A stretch of DNA of 64,000 nucleotides, taken from NCBI RefSeq assembly GCF_009914755.1, contig NC_060935.1; one strand, given 5' to 3'. Below are positions 37,294-51,858 of this stretch, piece by piece. This DNA comes from the human T2T-CHM13v2.0 reference genome, Homo sapiens. The notes beneath the pieces were generated by a model. The model did not search any database, was not told where the DNA came from, and saw only the letters and a program-made list of their open reading frames with translations. Made by a program: the position numbers and the translations under genes. How positions within the stretch are numbered: position 1 is the first letter of the stretch; each line of letters opens with the position of its first letter.

Positions 37294-37640
37294 TGGGAGA
37301 TTATTTTTAAGGACTATTGGCCTGACAGTTATGTTTATTTTAAACCCTTCAATTAGTGACTGTTTTCAATATTTTAGGATGATCATCTGTTTAATGAAGT
37401 TTATGTTCCCAGAAAAATAAATAGTGACATAATTGCTTGAAGGCATTTATTAGAGATTTTGTTCCAGGACTAGATTCACACAATTCAGTAAGTAGGTTTG
37501 TTTTCATTGTTTCTAACCCCATATAGGCTAACTTATCTATCTTAGCCAGCATTCCTAGATTGTTCATAGCTCCATGCAACTTTTTAAATAAATGTGACTT
37601 TACTGGGGTATCTACTTATGTCTTCTGGAAATAGTCAACC

Positions 37641-37941
<301 letters not shown>

Positions 37942-38199
37942 GGTCAACCTACTTATTGTCTTATACCACACAATAACATTAAGGTTGCATTTTTAAGCCA
38001 ACATAAATGAGGGTATAATTGAGTCCAAATAAGGCAGATTATGAGCAACTTGGAAGCAGTCAACATGCACTTCATGTCTTTTAATCCCAAATGTTTAGTG
38101 CTACATTTGGCCTACAATGAATGTTAATAAATAAGTTAATAGACGATGTATTCATAATGGAAATAATGTATATTCTTATTTATGTGATTAATCTTCTCT

Positions 38200-39760
38200 T
38201 TAATAATGCCAGACACTTCTGATTTCTCTTCTGCCTCACTGATCACTCATTCGTCATCTCATTTGCTGACTCCTTCTCTTTGATCTACCTTCTCTTTTTA
38301 GACAAGCCTCCTAGGTTCTACAATCTCGCCTTTCAAGATAATTTAAGATTTTTATTTTTGTGTGTATCACATGGATCTCTTTGGTAGCCTGGTAAAACAT
38401 CGCACTTATTTTTAGAATATTGTTTTTATGCATAAGATATATAATAGGGATAAAGAAAATCAAGCTTCAAAATATATTTTAAAAGGTTTGTATTCAAGTA
38501 ATATATGTGCTTCTTTATATATTAAATAGGAAAATCTCATGGTACGCCTACTACGACAATAAATTTGAAATCAGTTTAGTATAAACCACATTCTGAGATA
38601 TCAGCAAACACTAAAACAATAGCTATAATTCCTGTTGGTGATCATTATTATTATTTTGCTTTCGGTAATAATTAAAGAAAATGCTAGTTAATTAAGCTTG
38701 GTAAAATATAAAATGCAAACATTTCCATTCATATTAATCTTTGGATTCCATCTACATCCATTAATCTTTTGTTAAAATCTGTTACTTAAATGGGTTATTC
38801 AGCATCATGATGGGAAACAGAATCTATATGCTAAAGGCTCACAAATTTATATCTTTATTTCAGACTGCTCTCCAGAATTCCAGTGAAGCTGGGCTGTGTT
38901 TCAGACATCTCAAATTTACCATAGCCAAAACAGAATTCTGGAATTCTTGATTCATGATTCATGTCATAAAATGAACTCTCTCTTAATTTTTTCACTATTA
39001 AAATAAAACCAAGAAAAGGCAAAACTATGGCATTGTTTTCTCATTTGCTCAATTTTTGCTTAAAGCTGGCTTTCTTCTTAGTCATTGCTTTACCTTATCC
39101 TGCCACATCGAGTTCATCAGACAAAATCGTCAGTTTTACTAAGGTCCAAATGTTTTTTACCTTAGTCTAAGCCTGGTAAATTTTCATCTGGATTATGCTA
39201 ACCTTTTTAAAACTTTTTTTCTTCCTGTAGTTACTGCCTCTTAGTATTTTCTTCTAAGAGCAGTAAGAACTATCTTTAAAATATAAATCAAGTGATGGAT
39301 CCCTCTCTGCCTCTTTCTACAAATTTTGGTTGTTTTAATCACTCTAAGGTCCATCCACGTCTGAGAGTCCCTTTGTTCCTAGAATACATCAAGCTCTTTC
39401 CTATTTTAAGGATACCCAATATGCTCCCACCACCTCAAAACCTCCTTCTGCCTTTTAAAATAATACAAATATCATCTTTTTAGAGAGGTCATTGTTGATA
39501 TCCTACCCAAAAGAGTAAAATCATATGCAGAAGTCACTCTTCTAAACATTATCCTTCAAACGCAGCATCTGTGTAATAATGACACATACATAAATGATGA
39601 TAGATAGATAAACTACATATTATCATTTTATTTACTTGTTAATTATCTGTCTTATCCAAGAGAATAATTGTTAAAATGTATGTGTCTTTCATTGAATCTT
39701 TATTGCCTGGTAGAAAGTCTATCATACACTAAAGAGTTAATAATAAATCCCTGACTCATT
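38200..39760 (+). mobile_element. L2 relics, interrupted by a hAT element
   Basis: L2-like acaaatttatatct...cagactgctctccagaattccag, acatctcaaattt and tcatctggattatg motifs. Confidence 0.5.
38340..38782. mobile_element. hAT-Charlie non-autonomous DNA transposon (MER119-like)
   Basis: catggatctctttggtagcctggtaaa...agaatattgtttttatgcataa resembles the MER119 start. Confidence 0.5.
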
Positions 39761-39885
39761 GATGATTCATAAGCAGTAAGCGTCCCTAAACCTTTGTTCA
39801 GCAATATAATTCCTTCCAGATAAGAAACAGTTTGGAATTATTTTTAATAATCCTAATCCAACTGTTTTTTAAAAATGCCATAATA

Positions 39886-40196
39886 GGCTGGGCGTGGTGG
39901 CTCATGCATCTAAATCCTAGCACTTTGGGAGGCTGAGGCAGGTGGATCACCTGAGGTCAGGAGTTTGAGACCAGCCTGACCAACATGGTGAAACCCCATC
40001 TCCACTACATACAAAAAATTAGCCAGGAGTGGTGGTAATCCCAGGGTAAGTAGCACCCGTAATCCCAGCTACTTGGGAGGCTGAGGCAGGAGAATCACTT
40101 TAACCCAGGAGATGGAGGTTAGAGTGAGCAGAGATCACGCCACTGCACCCCAGCCTGGGCAAAAGAGTGAGACTCCGTCACACACACACACAAAAA
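39886..40196 (+). mobile_element. Alu (AluSx-like) with small internal insertion and (CA)n tail
   Basis: Full dimer; TSD aaaaatgccataata / aaaaaggccataata. Confidence 0.94.
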
Positions 40197-42936
40197 GGCC
40201 ATAATAAAGAGATATTTGTTTGTATCTAACATAATTTCATATAGCACTGAATAAAAATATCCATTTCAAAGTGATCTGGCCAGTATTTTTTAATATGTTC
40301 TAAGACATACATGGTGTGAAGATCAATTTCCTTTACCATTGTTCAAAGTCCTCACTTAAGGAACAAATTTTGTTGTTTACAATTATTCATAAATCGGCTG
40401 GAATATTTAAATATGAAACTCATTGTCATTATTTTACGATTGGAAGGAATGATGGTCTTATTTATGGCTGTGTGATTTTCTGACAATAACTAAGAAAACA
40501 TGAAAGTAATCATGACTTTGCAAAATAGCTATTGACAAAAATCAGGCAAAGATAATACTTGGGAAATTCAACATATGCAAATCAGCAGGTCTAGATGACA
40601 AACACCTTAGGCTATTAAGGGAAGGGATAAACATTCTGGACCATTTAAAGTTATTTGAAGCAAAAAAAAATGGTCAAAATTTTTTAAAAACAGCATAACA
40701 TTGAGAAAATATAAATATGCAATCAGTTTCTTTTTTAACAGAAAAAATCAGTCTGTGTGATGCTGATATTAATAGATATGAAAATAGTGAGGTAGGACAA
40801 TGGCATCAGGAACAAACTGAAAATAGATTTTGATAGGAAAACACCATTTCATCTATTCCCATAGTTTTTGCACTGTAATGCAATTACTATGCGCAGTACC
40901 ATCATCATTCAAATGTTAAAATAACCTCTATTTCTATATAGTTATGTAGTAGATTTAGTGATACCACTAGCTATATATAATCAATGTGGAAGCAGAATAT
41001 AAACAGCAAATAATAATCTCTATAAATGAAGTCATCTTAGGAAACTTTTGGGAAGTTGCTGATGAAATAATATCAAATTTGAACTTAATTATAACCTCTG
41101 TACTAAACTGAAAGAATAAAAAGCCTGTCTCAAATTTCAGGTAATATTAAGTTGAGAAGAATTAAGAAACTGAGAAAGACAGAAATATGATGTAAGTCTA
41201 AAGATAAAAATGTGAGGGGAGAAAACAAAATTAAATTCACATTGAGAAAGAGATAACATATCAGATTAAATATAATTTTTAATTATTATAAAATTAGGGA
41301 CAGAAAGCTGTATAAAACAATGTCCAAAGAAACCTAAGTGAAATAGACCAATTAGATATTACACAGGAGAAAAAAAAAGGAGAGCAACTTGATTTTAAAT
41401 CCATCTGGAACCCAGTACCTGTATAAAATCCTTAATTGTAATAAATTCCAAGAATAAATTAAAATTTTGTTAAACACAAATAGTTATTTACTACCACACA
41501 TAAATTAAAAATAAACCAACAGCGTTAATACTCTGACACTGGAATTAAGCAAAATATTGGCTTTAGAACACAAAATGAGAGAGCCTGAAAGTTTTTATAG
41601 GAAGTGGCACGGTAAAGTGGAAATGAAATCTGAAAATTCTGCCCTAACCTTATTGTGGCAGAAGATGGACCAAAGCCAGGGCCTATTTTCTTTCAAAATC
41701 CAGACATTAGAGATTTATTCTCTGAATTTGCATTATATCAGTAATTAGAATAGAAGAAGAAAAAAATTGTATGAAATTAACAGTCTATCAAACCATTAAT
41801 AAAAACCTAAATAAATTTCTACTATAAAATAAATATATGCACCATATAATTTTAAACATATTTTTATATTTATTTCAGGTAAATAAATATACTTCTTGAG
41901 GCAATACCTTCACTGAATATTTTATATTAGAACTTGGAAAAAGGAAGGGAAATTTTAATTCATCATAAACCATATATGTGGAGTATATATGTAATTATAT
42001 CATGAGGTATATATGTATAACGAGGTTCAGTATTTTATGAAAAGCATAAAATACATCTGTTCTTTGTTATATCAATGTCTTTTAATGGTGAAATACTATC
42101 ATTAGAGTTTTTTTAAGTAGAAAATTATAGTTTTCTTTCAATATGACTAAGCTACATATATTGAATGACATAAAAAATAAATCACTGATCTTTTTATGAT
42201 CATCAATATTTGAAAGCAATATATAAGTGGGGTAGGGGCTGTTTGCCCTGTAGACCTTGATAAGGACTGGTTTGGGTAATTATATTCCACCTGCCAAATT
42301 TCTCCTGGTAGTTTTTAGTCTGCAGAGCTGTTAAACAGCTGCCACATGTTATCCCAGTGATAACTGCAATTAGGTGATGAAGGAAATGGCTCTTTCTTAT
42401 TTCTTAATTTATTTGAATTTAAGAAAACTCAGGAACTTGAATAAAAATCTTATACATATTGTACAATCTTTTTGTACAGAACCTGCATGATCTAACCCAT
42501 TTAACAATCAAGTTTTAAAATAATAAGTAGTTTTCCTGAATAACATACAATGACAATATGTTTATTTGAAGACGATGAGTAGGAGGAATTAAAGTGTTTT
42601 GAAATGGAGATAAAATTTAGAAGAAGATGATACCTAGGCCCACGTCATGAAAGGTATAGATATGCAACCTCAAGTCATGTAAAATTAGAGTTGTAAGTTT
42701 TGTCAAGTATTTAGATTTTTGTTTCCATCAATTTGGAAGAAATTCATTCCATGCACATTTAAAATGGTTTCACTTGATATACTATTAACTTGTATTTTCT
42801 CATTATGAATTTCATTTTGCTTTTGTCTGTTCATATTGCTTATCTTTACGCTTACTTACATCAGAGTCCTGCCCTTGTTAGTGTTCTTCTTTCTTTTCCA
42901 GTCAAAACAAGTTAGTTTGGGGAAACCACTATCAAA

Positions 42937-42978
42937 CACACACACACACACACACACACTTTGTCAGACACACACACA
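42937..42978. repeat. (CA)n microsatellite
   Basis: Direct reading. Confidence 0.88.
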
Positions 42979-44532
42979 ATACTTTATCTACTGAACTTAT
43001 TCATCTTTAGGTGTCATTCAAGAGTCGCCTCCTTAGGGAAGAGTTCTGATTCACCACATATAGTCCAATTCAATTTCCTTTGTTATTTTGTTATAGAAAC
43101 CCTTTTTCTTTGCTTCACTGTATAATACTTTCCTTGAGTTTAAAATTATATATTTGTTTGCATGATTGCATGATTATTTTCTGTTTTTACTAGAGCTTAA
43201 TTTCATGAGAACAGGGTACTTTGTATGAATATTTTATAAATATTTTCTAAGTTAACCTTTTGGCAAACATTTCTCTAATTCTATATTGCTTACCCTTCCT
43301 TATAACTTAGCCCTTTTTCACTTCTGCATATATATTTAATATCAAACATTGAATAAATACTAAGCACAATACTACTTTATGTTATGTTACATATGTTATA
43401 GCATTTATTTTTCACAACAATAATTTAAAAATGTATTTATATTGTCATTTTCCAAGTAAGGAACAAAGACTCAGATAAGATAAACATGAGATAAACATGT
43501 TTTCACCTAGAAGTGACATGCTGAATTTAAACTTAGATTTGTTTTGTTTGTTTGTTTGTTTGTTGGTCCAGAACACCAAATATATTACTCTGACTACAGA
43601 GTTGATTAAGATAACAGAATAGCTATATACTAAAAATCAATGTGTATCGTGAAATCAAGTAGATGCAGTTCAGTGAATCCCAGCTTTTAAGTATTAAAGC
43701 CTAGGTAACGCATTTTGTAATTTAGAGAAGAGTACTAAGGGATCTACTCAGTCTTTATATGTCTAGAAATTATTGTGAGGGTCCTGTTGGTCACTACTAT
43801 CTATATTCTTTTCTAGAAAATCTTAACATCTTAAATGGTCACAAATTATGTATTCCCTCTTTGTCACACTGTATCTAAAGAGAAAACTGAAAACTCTACA
43901 ATGGCAAACAAGGCAAACGATAAATTCTAAAAGTTAAAGGCACAGATCAAACTACTTTTAGAGATAAGTGGTCATTGTAAGAGTAAACAATATTATCTGA
44001 AGAATATGTAAGATCAACAATCTAGAATCCTGGTAGCATTTACAATATAGAAAATTGCAAATTTATATAATAAAAGAAATAAACAGCATCATAATCCATT
44101 TCTTAGTGATTTTGCTAAGTACCCAATATGTTTTAATCTAAATTATTTGTATTCCAGATTTTATATAACATGTAAGTTTCATAATTTGTGGAATCTGGAA
44201 AATAATTATACCAGAGTTATTCTGATGAGCAACATCTGAATTAGGACTCTATGGCTTAGATTTTGAATTGAAGTTCTACAAATAATTTTTCTGGCAAGCT
44301 CAGTTCCAATCAATATGCATTTCTTGAAATTTCAAAACCTGAGTTAGCTTCAGGTAGAAACTACTAACAACATTTCTTAGTACAATATTTCAAAAGTATA
44401 TATTGAAAAGTGAAAGAAAATCTGTCTTAAATCAACCATAAATAATCCAAAAGAGAAAGTAGTAATCACATTAATCATAGTAACTATTGCTTTCTCAGAA
44501 CAGACTAAATCTGAGATTTCAACAATGATTTA

Positions 44533-44910
<378 letters not shown>

Positions 44911-46199
44911 TCAGATTTTCAGGATGCAGTTTGGTCATGACAACAATGCTTCTCAAAATTCAGGATGTACCTAGGAATCTGAAAATGGGAGCCAGACATC
45001 ATCAGCTGATTCCAGTATTCAGTAAAGGTGGAAAACTATTGTTCTAATGAAGTGACCACAGCTATGACTCATCATTAGAATAACATGGTGGGTATTAGCG
45101 ATGAGGGTGGGTGGGGAGTGACTCTTCTATCATAAAAAATTTAATCACATCCATAACCTCTTACTGCTTCTCATAACTCTTCAATTGAATCCTGCCTTTA
45201 GCATGAAGACCTAGATTCTTCTGCAACCCTAAATTAAGTGAAGTCCACAGATCCTTCTCTACCTAGTTATCTCACAAGAGAATTAGGAGACAAGAGTCAG
45301 AGTTCTTCTATCTTTCTGATTCTCTCTTATTTACTTAAACTTGGTGGCAAAACTTGTTTGTCCTTGAATCTCATATCATTTTCTATGCACCCTCTACTCC
45401 ACTTTATTTTGTCCATTTACAAACACTTGAGTTTCCTAACAATTTTTTAAAGTTTCTATATCAGGTCTTACAGTCTTACTTTAGTCCCATGTATTATTGT
45501 GGGAGACTTTACACTCTCTTGGACAATTCATTCACCATGGTCATCCACAATCCTTGACTTGCTCAAATTATACAATCTTCAACTTCTTTCCACTTAAATC
45601 CCTCAAATCCACTTGAATCTTTATTTTGTCTTAGAGAATTGCTCTTCCTCTTATACAAGAAAAAGCATTCCCTTCCATAAACATATATTTTTCAGACTAT
45701 AAAAACATATTTTTTCATTTCTTTACTTCCATTAAACATGTCCTTAAAATTCATCACATAAATATCACTTGATATTCTCCAATTAATCAATATATACTGG
45801 CCTATATAAACTGGCCTACAGTATTCAATAATTTTCTAACTTACTCTAGACCCTATAATCCATCACATAGATTACATTCTTTTTATCCTTAGACTTGAAC
45901 ATTTTTTTACAGTTTATAACTTTTTCCAGATTCTGCCTTAGAAAGATTTTCTTCAAAAACACTGTCAAGAGTAACTATTCTCAGCATTTGAGAAATAGGA
46001 AAAATATCATGTCAAAGATAGATTCTTGGTTGACAAAATTAAAGGAAAGCCTAGGAATATTTGTACTACAATAATGTATTTGCTTTCACAAATACAAACC
46101 TCATCATGTCACTTAAATGTACTATTGCCCTTAGTTTTGTGTAATTATTTTCTCTGTGCAGATACTAACATAGTAACTGATATACATTACAGTATGTGT

Positions 46200-47110
46200 G
46201 TGCTTGTATAATACATGGATGGATGAATTATAGACCTAAGAAGTCATTTTCATTTTATCCTAAGGCAAAAGTGTCATTCTTATGAGAAAATGATCCATAA
46301 TCAACAAATAACCTGAGAAAAAGGTGGGGAAGACTTGCAGATTTAAAAGGCTTAAGATATATTTAAACTACTTGAATTATGATCCAACTAAACTTTAAAA
46401 AATCTAACATTTATGTAATAATCAGAAAATATGAGCACTGCCTAAATATTAGATTAGCAGTCCCTAACTTTTTGGCACCACAGACCAGTTTTGAGGAAGA
46501 CAATTTTTCCACAGACCAGGGTTGGGGTGGTAGGAGGTAGGGGTTAGGGATGGGGAGCTGATGGTGGAGGTGGTTTCTGGATGCTTCAAGTGCATTACAT
46601 TTATCATTAGATTCTCATAAGAAGTGTGCAACCTAGATCCCTCACATGCACAGTTCACAATAGAGTTGGCAGTCCTATGAGAATCTAATGCTTTTACCGA
46701 TCTGACAGGAGGCAGAGCTTAAGCGGTAATGCTTGCTCACCTGCCCCTCACCTTCTGCTGTGCAGCCCGGTTCCTAACAGGCCACTGACCAGTTGTTGTC
46801 CATGGGTTAGGGACCCTAGTTTAAGACAATATAGTTATTTCAGATATAATGATGATGTTAACTGTCATTTTAAGAAGCAACTATTGAAGAGACTCATACT
46901 GTAATATGTATGCATGAAATTACATAAAATTTTGGATTTGCTTGAAAATAATCTGGGGTAGAAGGAGTACATAGGAATACAAATTAGAAAGAATGGCTGA
47001 AATGGATGATTTTTGAATCTTTGTGAGGGATATAAGAAGTTTATTAACCTATTTATTCTATTAATACTTTACATATGATGAGAATTTTCTATAATAGAAT
47101 GTTAAGTAAT
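46200..47110 (+). mobile_element. Ancient L1M (L1MC/ME-like) 3'UTR, interrupted by MER1B
   Basis: gagactcatactgtaatatgtatgcatgaaat...tggatttgcttgaaaataatc motif. Confidence 0.5.
46458..46818 (+). mobile_element. MER1B-like hAT-Charlie DNA transposon
   Basis: cagtccctaactttttggcaccacagaccagttttgaggaagacaatttttccacagacc...ttagattctcataagaagtgtgcaacctagatccctcacatgcacagttcacaatag. Confidence 0.88.
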
Positions 47111-47119
47111 ATTTTCTAA

Positions 47120-47468
<349 letters not shown>

Positions 47469-47701
47469 ATATATTTTTTAATATGATACAATGGTGATTA
47501 TTACACATCAATTTCTGCTACCAAATATTCATCTCTAATAAAAGGATTATATAGATACTCATCAAAAGTGAGTTTTCTTTTACCCTGTCTCTGTGACACA
47601 TTATTGTTGGCTTTCAACCCAGAGACACTGACATAGCTCCAACTCATATCAATCCTGAGCAGTGACAAATAGGTCTGCAGTGAGTATAAGAATTAGGACA
47701 T

Positions 47702-47997
47702 GGCCGGGCGTGGTGGCTCACGCCTGTAATCCCAGCACTTTGGGAGGTCAAGGCGGGCAGATCACGAGGTCGGGAGATCGAGACCATCCTGGCTAACACG
47801 ATGAAACCCAGTCTGTACTAAAAATACAAAAAAATTAGCTGGGTGTGGTGGAGGGTGCCTGTAGTCCCAGCTACACGGGAGGCTGAGGCAGGAGAATGGC
47901 GTGACCCCCGGGAGGCGGAGCTTGCAGTGAGACGAGATCACACCACTGCACTTCAGCCTGGGCAACAGAGTGAGACTCTGTCTCAAAAAAAAAAAAG
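47702..47997 (+). mobile_element. AluY
   Basis: AluY diagnostics; TSD aagaattaggacat at 47688-47701 and 47998-48011. Confidence 0.96.
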
Positions 47998-49047
47998 AAG
48001 AATTAGGACATTATACTACTATAAAAATGAAATTGAGATGAGAATGACTTTTTTGTATCTTACTTGAAATATCACTCTTCTTGCACATTAAGGTTTATGG
48101 CAACATTATGTAAATTGAAAACTTGAAAATAAATTAATTTCAATGTGAATCTTGAACTCATGACTGTGCAAAGTGAGACCATGTATCTAGCACATAAAAT
48201 CAATTGGGACAGAATGAATAAAAATCAGAAAATAAATGAAGAAACTGAATAAAATTTCTCTCTCTCTGTCTTTCTTCTCCTACCACCCTTACTGGCCTCC
48301 ATAGCTAATCTAATTACACTTAGGGTTTTGATAGGAATGAAGCTAAGGATATAATATGATACAATAGGCATTTTATCCTGAATTAATCACATTTTCATTA
48401 ATAAAATTCATCAAAAATCATTGAATTATTTGTATGGATCAAAGTTAAGTCTCTGTAAATATCAATATGTGATGACTTGAAGTCCAGTTTTCTTCCACAA
48501 CAGAAAATGTATTTTTTTATTCTGTTCGACTCCCAATCTCAAATCAGCTCTTTTCTTTTTTAACTTCCACATTCCCCAACCAATTCTACTTACCTAAGAT
48601 AAAATCTTAAAAACATGGATGTTTTCAGTTCTTTTACTCTTGTTTCCAAATTGCTCAACAAGATCTCTTGATTCTTTCATGATTAATTTCCATTTCTACT
48701 GCCATTACCTAGTCCAAATCCTAGGTTCCTAGATTGAAATTACTGTCTCTGCATTAATTTTCTTGTATCTAAGCTTTTCCATATCCACTGAAGACCTAAC
48801 ACTATGGTCTCATAATTCTTTTAAAATGTTCCTATATTACATTACTAACAATTAATTATATTTTAATTTTCTTTTATTTGTAAAGTATTTTCAAACACAT
48901 TACATTGATCTCACAAACTTACTTTATTTATCTTTAAAGTCTTATGAAAATCTTATGAAAAGCTCAGAGGCTTTAACGTTGATCTGCAAGTGGAGATTTA
49001 CATCTGGGTTTCCTCTATTTCTTAATTTAATATTGACTACTCTTTAG

Positions 49048-49515
<468 letters not shown>

Positions 49516-50874
49516 TAACTTTTACTCCTTTTAGATCAAAGCTGATCAGAGCCCTTTTTCCTTGCACGCATTGAATCTACTGCCAACCTCATAAATTTCC
49601 TGCTACCTAAAATTTTATACCATTTGTAATTCAAATCTTTCCATCTTTCTTAACATTTTGTAAATCAACTATCAGTAACATATTTTTTCTCATTAATTTG
49701 CAAACATATTCATTGCATAAAACATGCTATAACAGGTTGTAAATTATATCAAGTATTGACATTATACACAGCTTTAAATACTCCTATACTAGCTCATCAT
49801 GTACATAAGAATTCTGTAAATATTAATTGGTTGAAACAACTGGTATACTTGCTTACACTGAAATTAGGAAGAGTTAGATGTACCTCCTAGCTCATTTTAG
49901 CACTTTGATTTTCAATATGTCACTGATTCTGAGCCAACAGTTCAGTATCAATCATTATCCAAGCATTTTAATGATACTTATTATTTATTTTATATTAAAA
50001 TAATTTCTACAGAGGCTTAATTTGTATAATAAAACTTTGAATAACTTTTGATTACTTCATTATTAGATAGCCACCTGAAAAAACGTTCTTGTTAAAGGTT
50101 TGTTGAATTTAATTGTTGTCAAAACTAAGTGCACACCTCAGCAATGTATTTTATTGGGTGGATGTGAAGAAAGGCCAGGATCAGGGTAGAGAGGCATAAT
50201 TATAATGTATCCTTCTTGGCATACCTTTATAATTCTTAATCAGAAATTATTTACTGGGTTCTGAATTAATATGGGAAAGAGAATTCATGAGAACATGGTG
50301 GATAAAACACATTTGTGCCTAACACTATGTTTAGAGAATGTAGTGTCAACATTCAGAAGTAGAAGGAAAGTCACCAAGTTGCTTTGTCTACACAAGGGCA
50401 ATAAAATTAGAGGAGTTTTTTGTTTGTTTGTTTTTTCTCATTCCTCAACTGACTATGCAAAATTTCCAAACATGTATGTAGGCATATAAACACATATACT
50501 CAAACATACTTCATTTGCTTATAACTAGTAGAAAGTAGGTAGAAATTGATTCAGTAAGCAATTTTAAGTAATTTTAGCATTGGACAATTAAAGCCATAAC
50601 ATAAATTGATTCTTTAAAGTTAAAAATGATTTATTAAAGTAGTAAATTTTAATATTTTTCAATGAGTAAGATTGCCACAATAGCATGAATGCATTAATTT
50701 GTGCCCAAAGGCCTTAAGGTTGACAATGTATCAGTAACTATACACTCACGAAGCCTATATAGTTTCAAAAGGCTTGCAATAAGTTATCAAGCCTGGCCTA
50801 CCACAGTCTCTCAATAGCTGATGCTCATAAAGGCAATGTTAACAATTGGCTATAAAGATGGAAGAAAGAGGAAG

Positions 50875-51375
50875 TGTTTCATCATCTATTGACTACTAAC
50901 TACTCCAAAACTTAGTGATTGAAAAACCCAGTAATTTTCTTTTCCATACAATATTGTTAGTTAGGAGTTCAGGAAGGGTTCTGCGGGGCAATTTACCTCT
51001 AGCTGGGAGTGGCCAGGAGATTCACTTCCAAGTTGGATCCCAAACTCAAATGTCTAGATCTTTGGTGGAAGCAGTTGGAATATTGGCCTCAACTGGGCTT
51101 GTCATCTTCATCTTCCCCTTGAGGTATCAGGACCACTCCATGTGGTTTCCTCAGTAAGTTAGACTTCTCACCTGGCAGCTCAGGCCTTTGAAAAACAAGA
51201 TAGAAACTGCCCATCTTATTAAAGGCTGGGCCTGGAACTGGCATGTTGTCACACCCACTGTATTTTATTTGTCAATGTAGCTACAGCCTAGTCTACATTC
51301 AAAGGATTGGGAAAAGAGCCTCACTTCCTGATGGAAGATATATCGAAAAATCGCCAGTCTTTTTAATCCACCACA
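50875..51375. mobile_element. MaLR LTR (MLT1-like)
   Basis: tactccaaaacttagtgattgaaaa start, attcacttccaagttgg, ending gtcttttttaatccaccaca. Confidence 0.7.
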
Positions 51376-51481
51376 GAAAGAAAAATGAAGGGAAAATGTT
51401 CTTTAAAAATAGTCTTGACAGCCAGAATTTTGAAAATAACAAGGAGTATTCCCATGTAATACAGTGTTATCAACCTTCCTC

Positions 51482-51858
51482 TGTAGGAGATTCTGTGACG
51501 TACTATCTAGACGTCCCCTTTAAGGTCGAGGGACTTATTTGTACTGCAGGAAATGTTGCGTGCTGATAGCTGAATCCCTGTTTGTGAATTGCTCCCAGTC
51601 AAAGGAAGCTTCCTACTCAAAATTCCAGTCTTCCATGAGATCAATTACATCCAGTGACTAGTCAATATGGTGTACCTGGACCTGCCTCTTTTCAGCTCAA
51701 TTTGGGACAATACTGAGTTGCTATTCCAGCTCTACAGTTCCTTGAGGATCTAAACAGCTTCCTTCTTTTTCTCACTGCTATTGTTTTTGAGAGTAACCTA
51801 AAAAAAAATCTCCTCGCACAAAGCTGCATTAGTGTTTCCTGGAGAATCAACTTATGAT
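51482..51858 (+). mobile_element. ERVL LTR (LTR16-like)
   Basis: Starts tgtaggaga; ends with an LTR16-like gtgtttcctggagaatcaacttatga. Confidence 0.5.
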
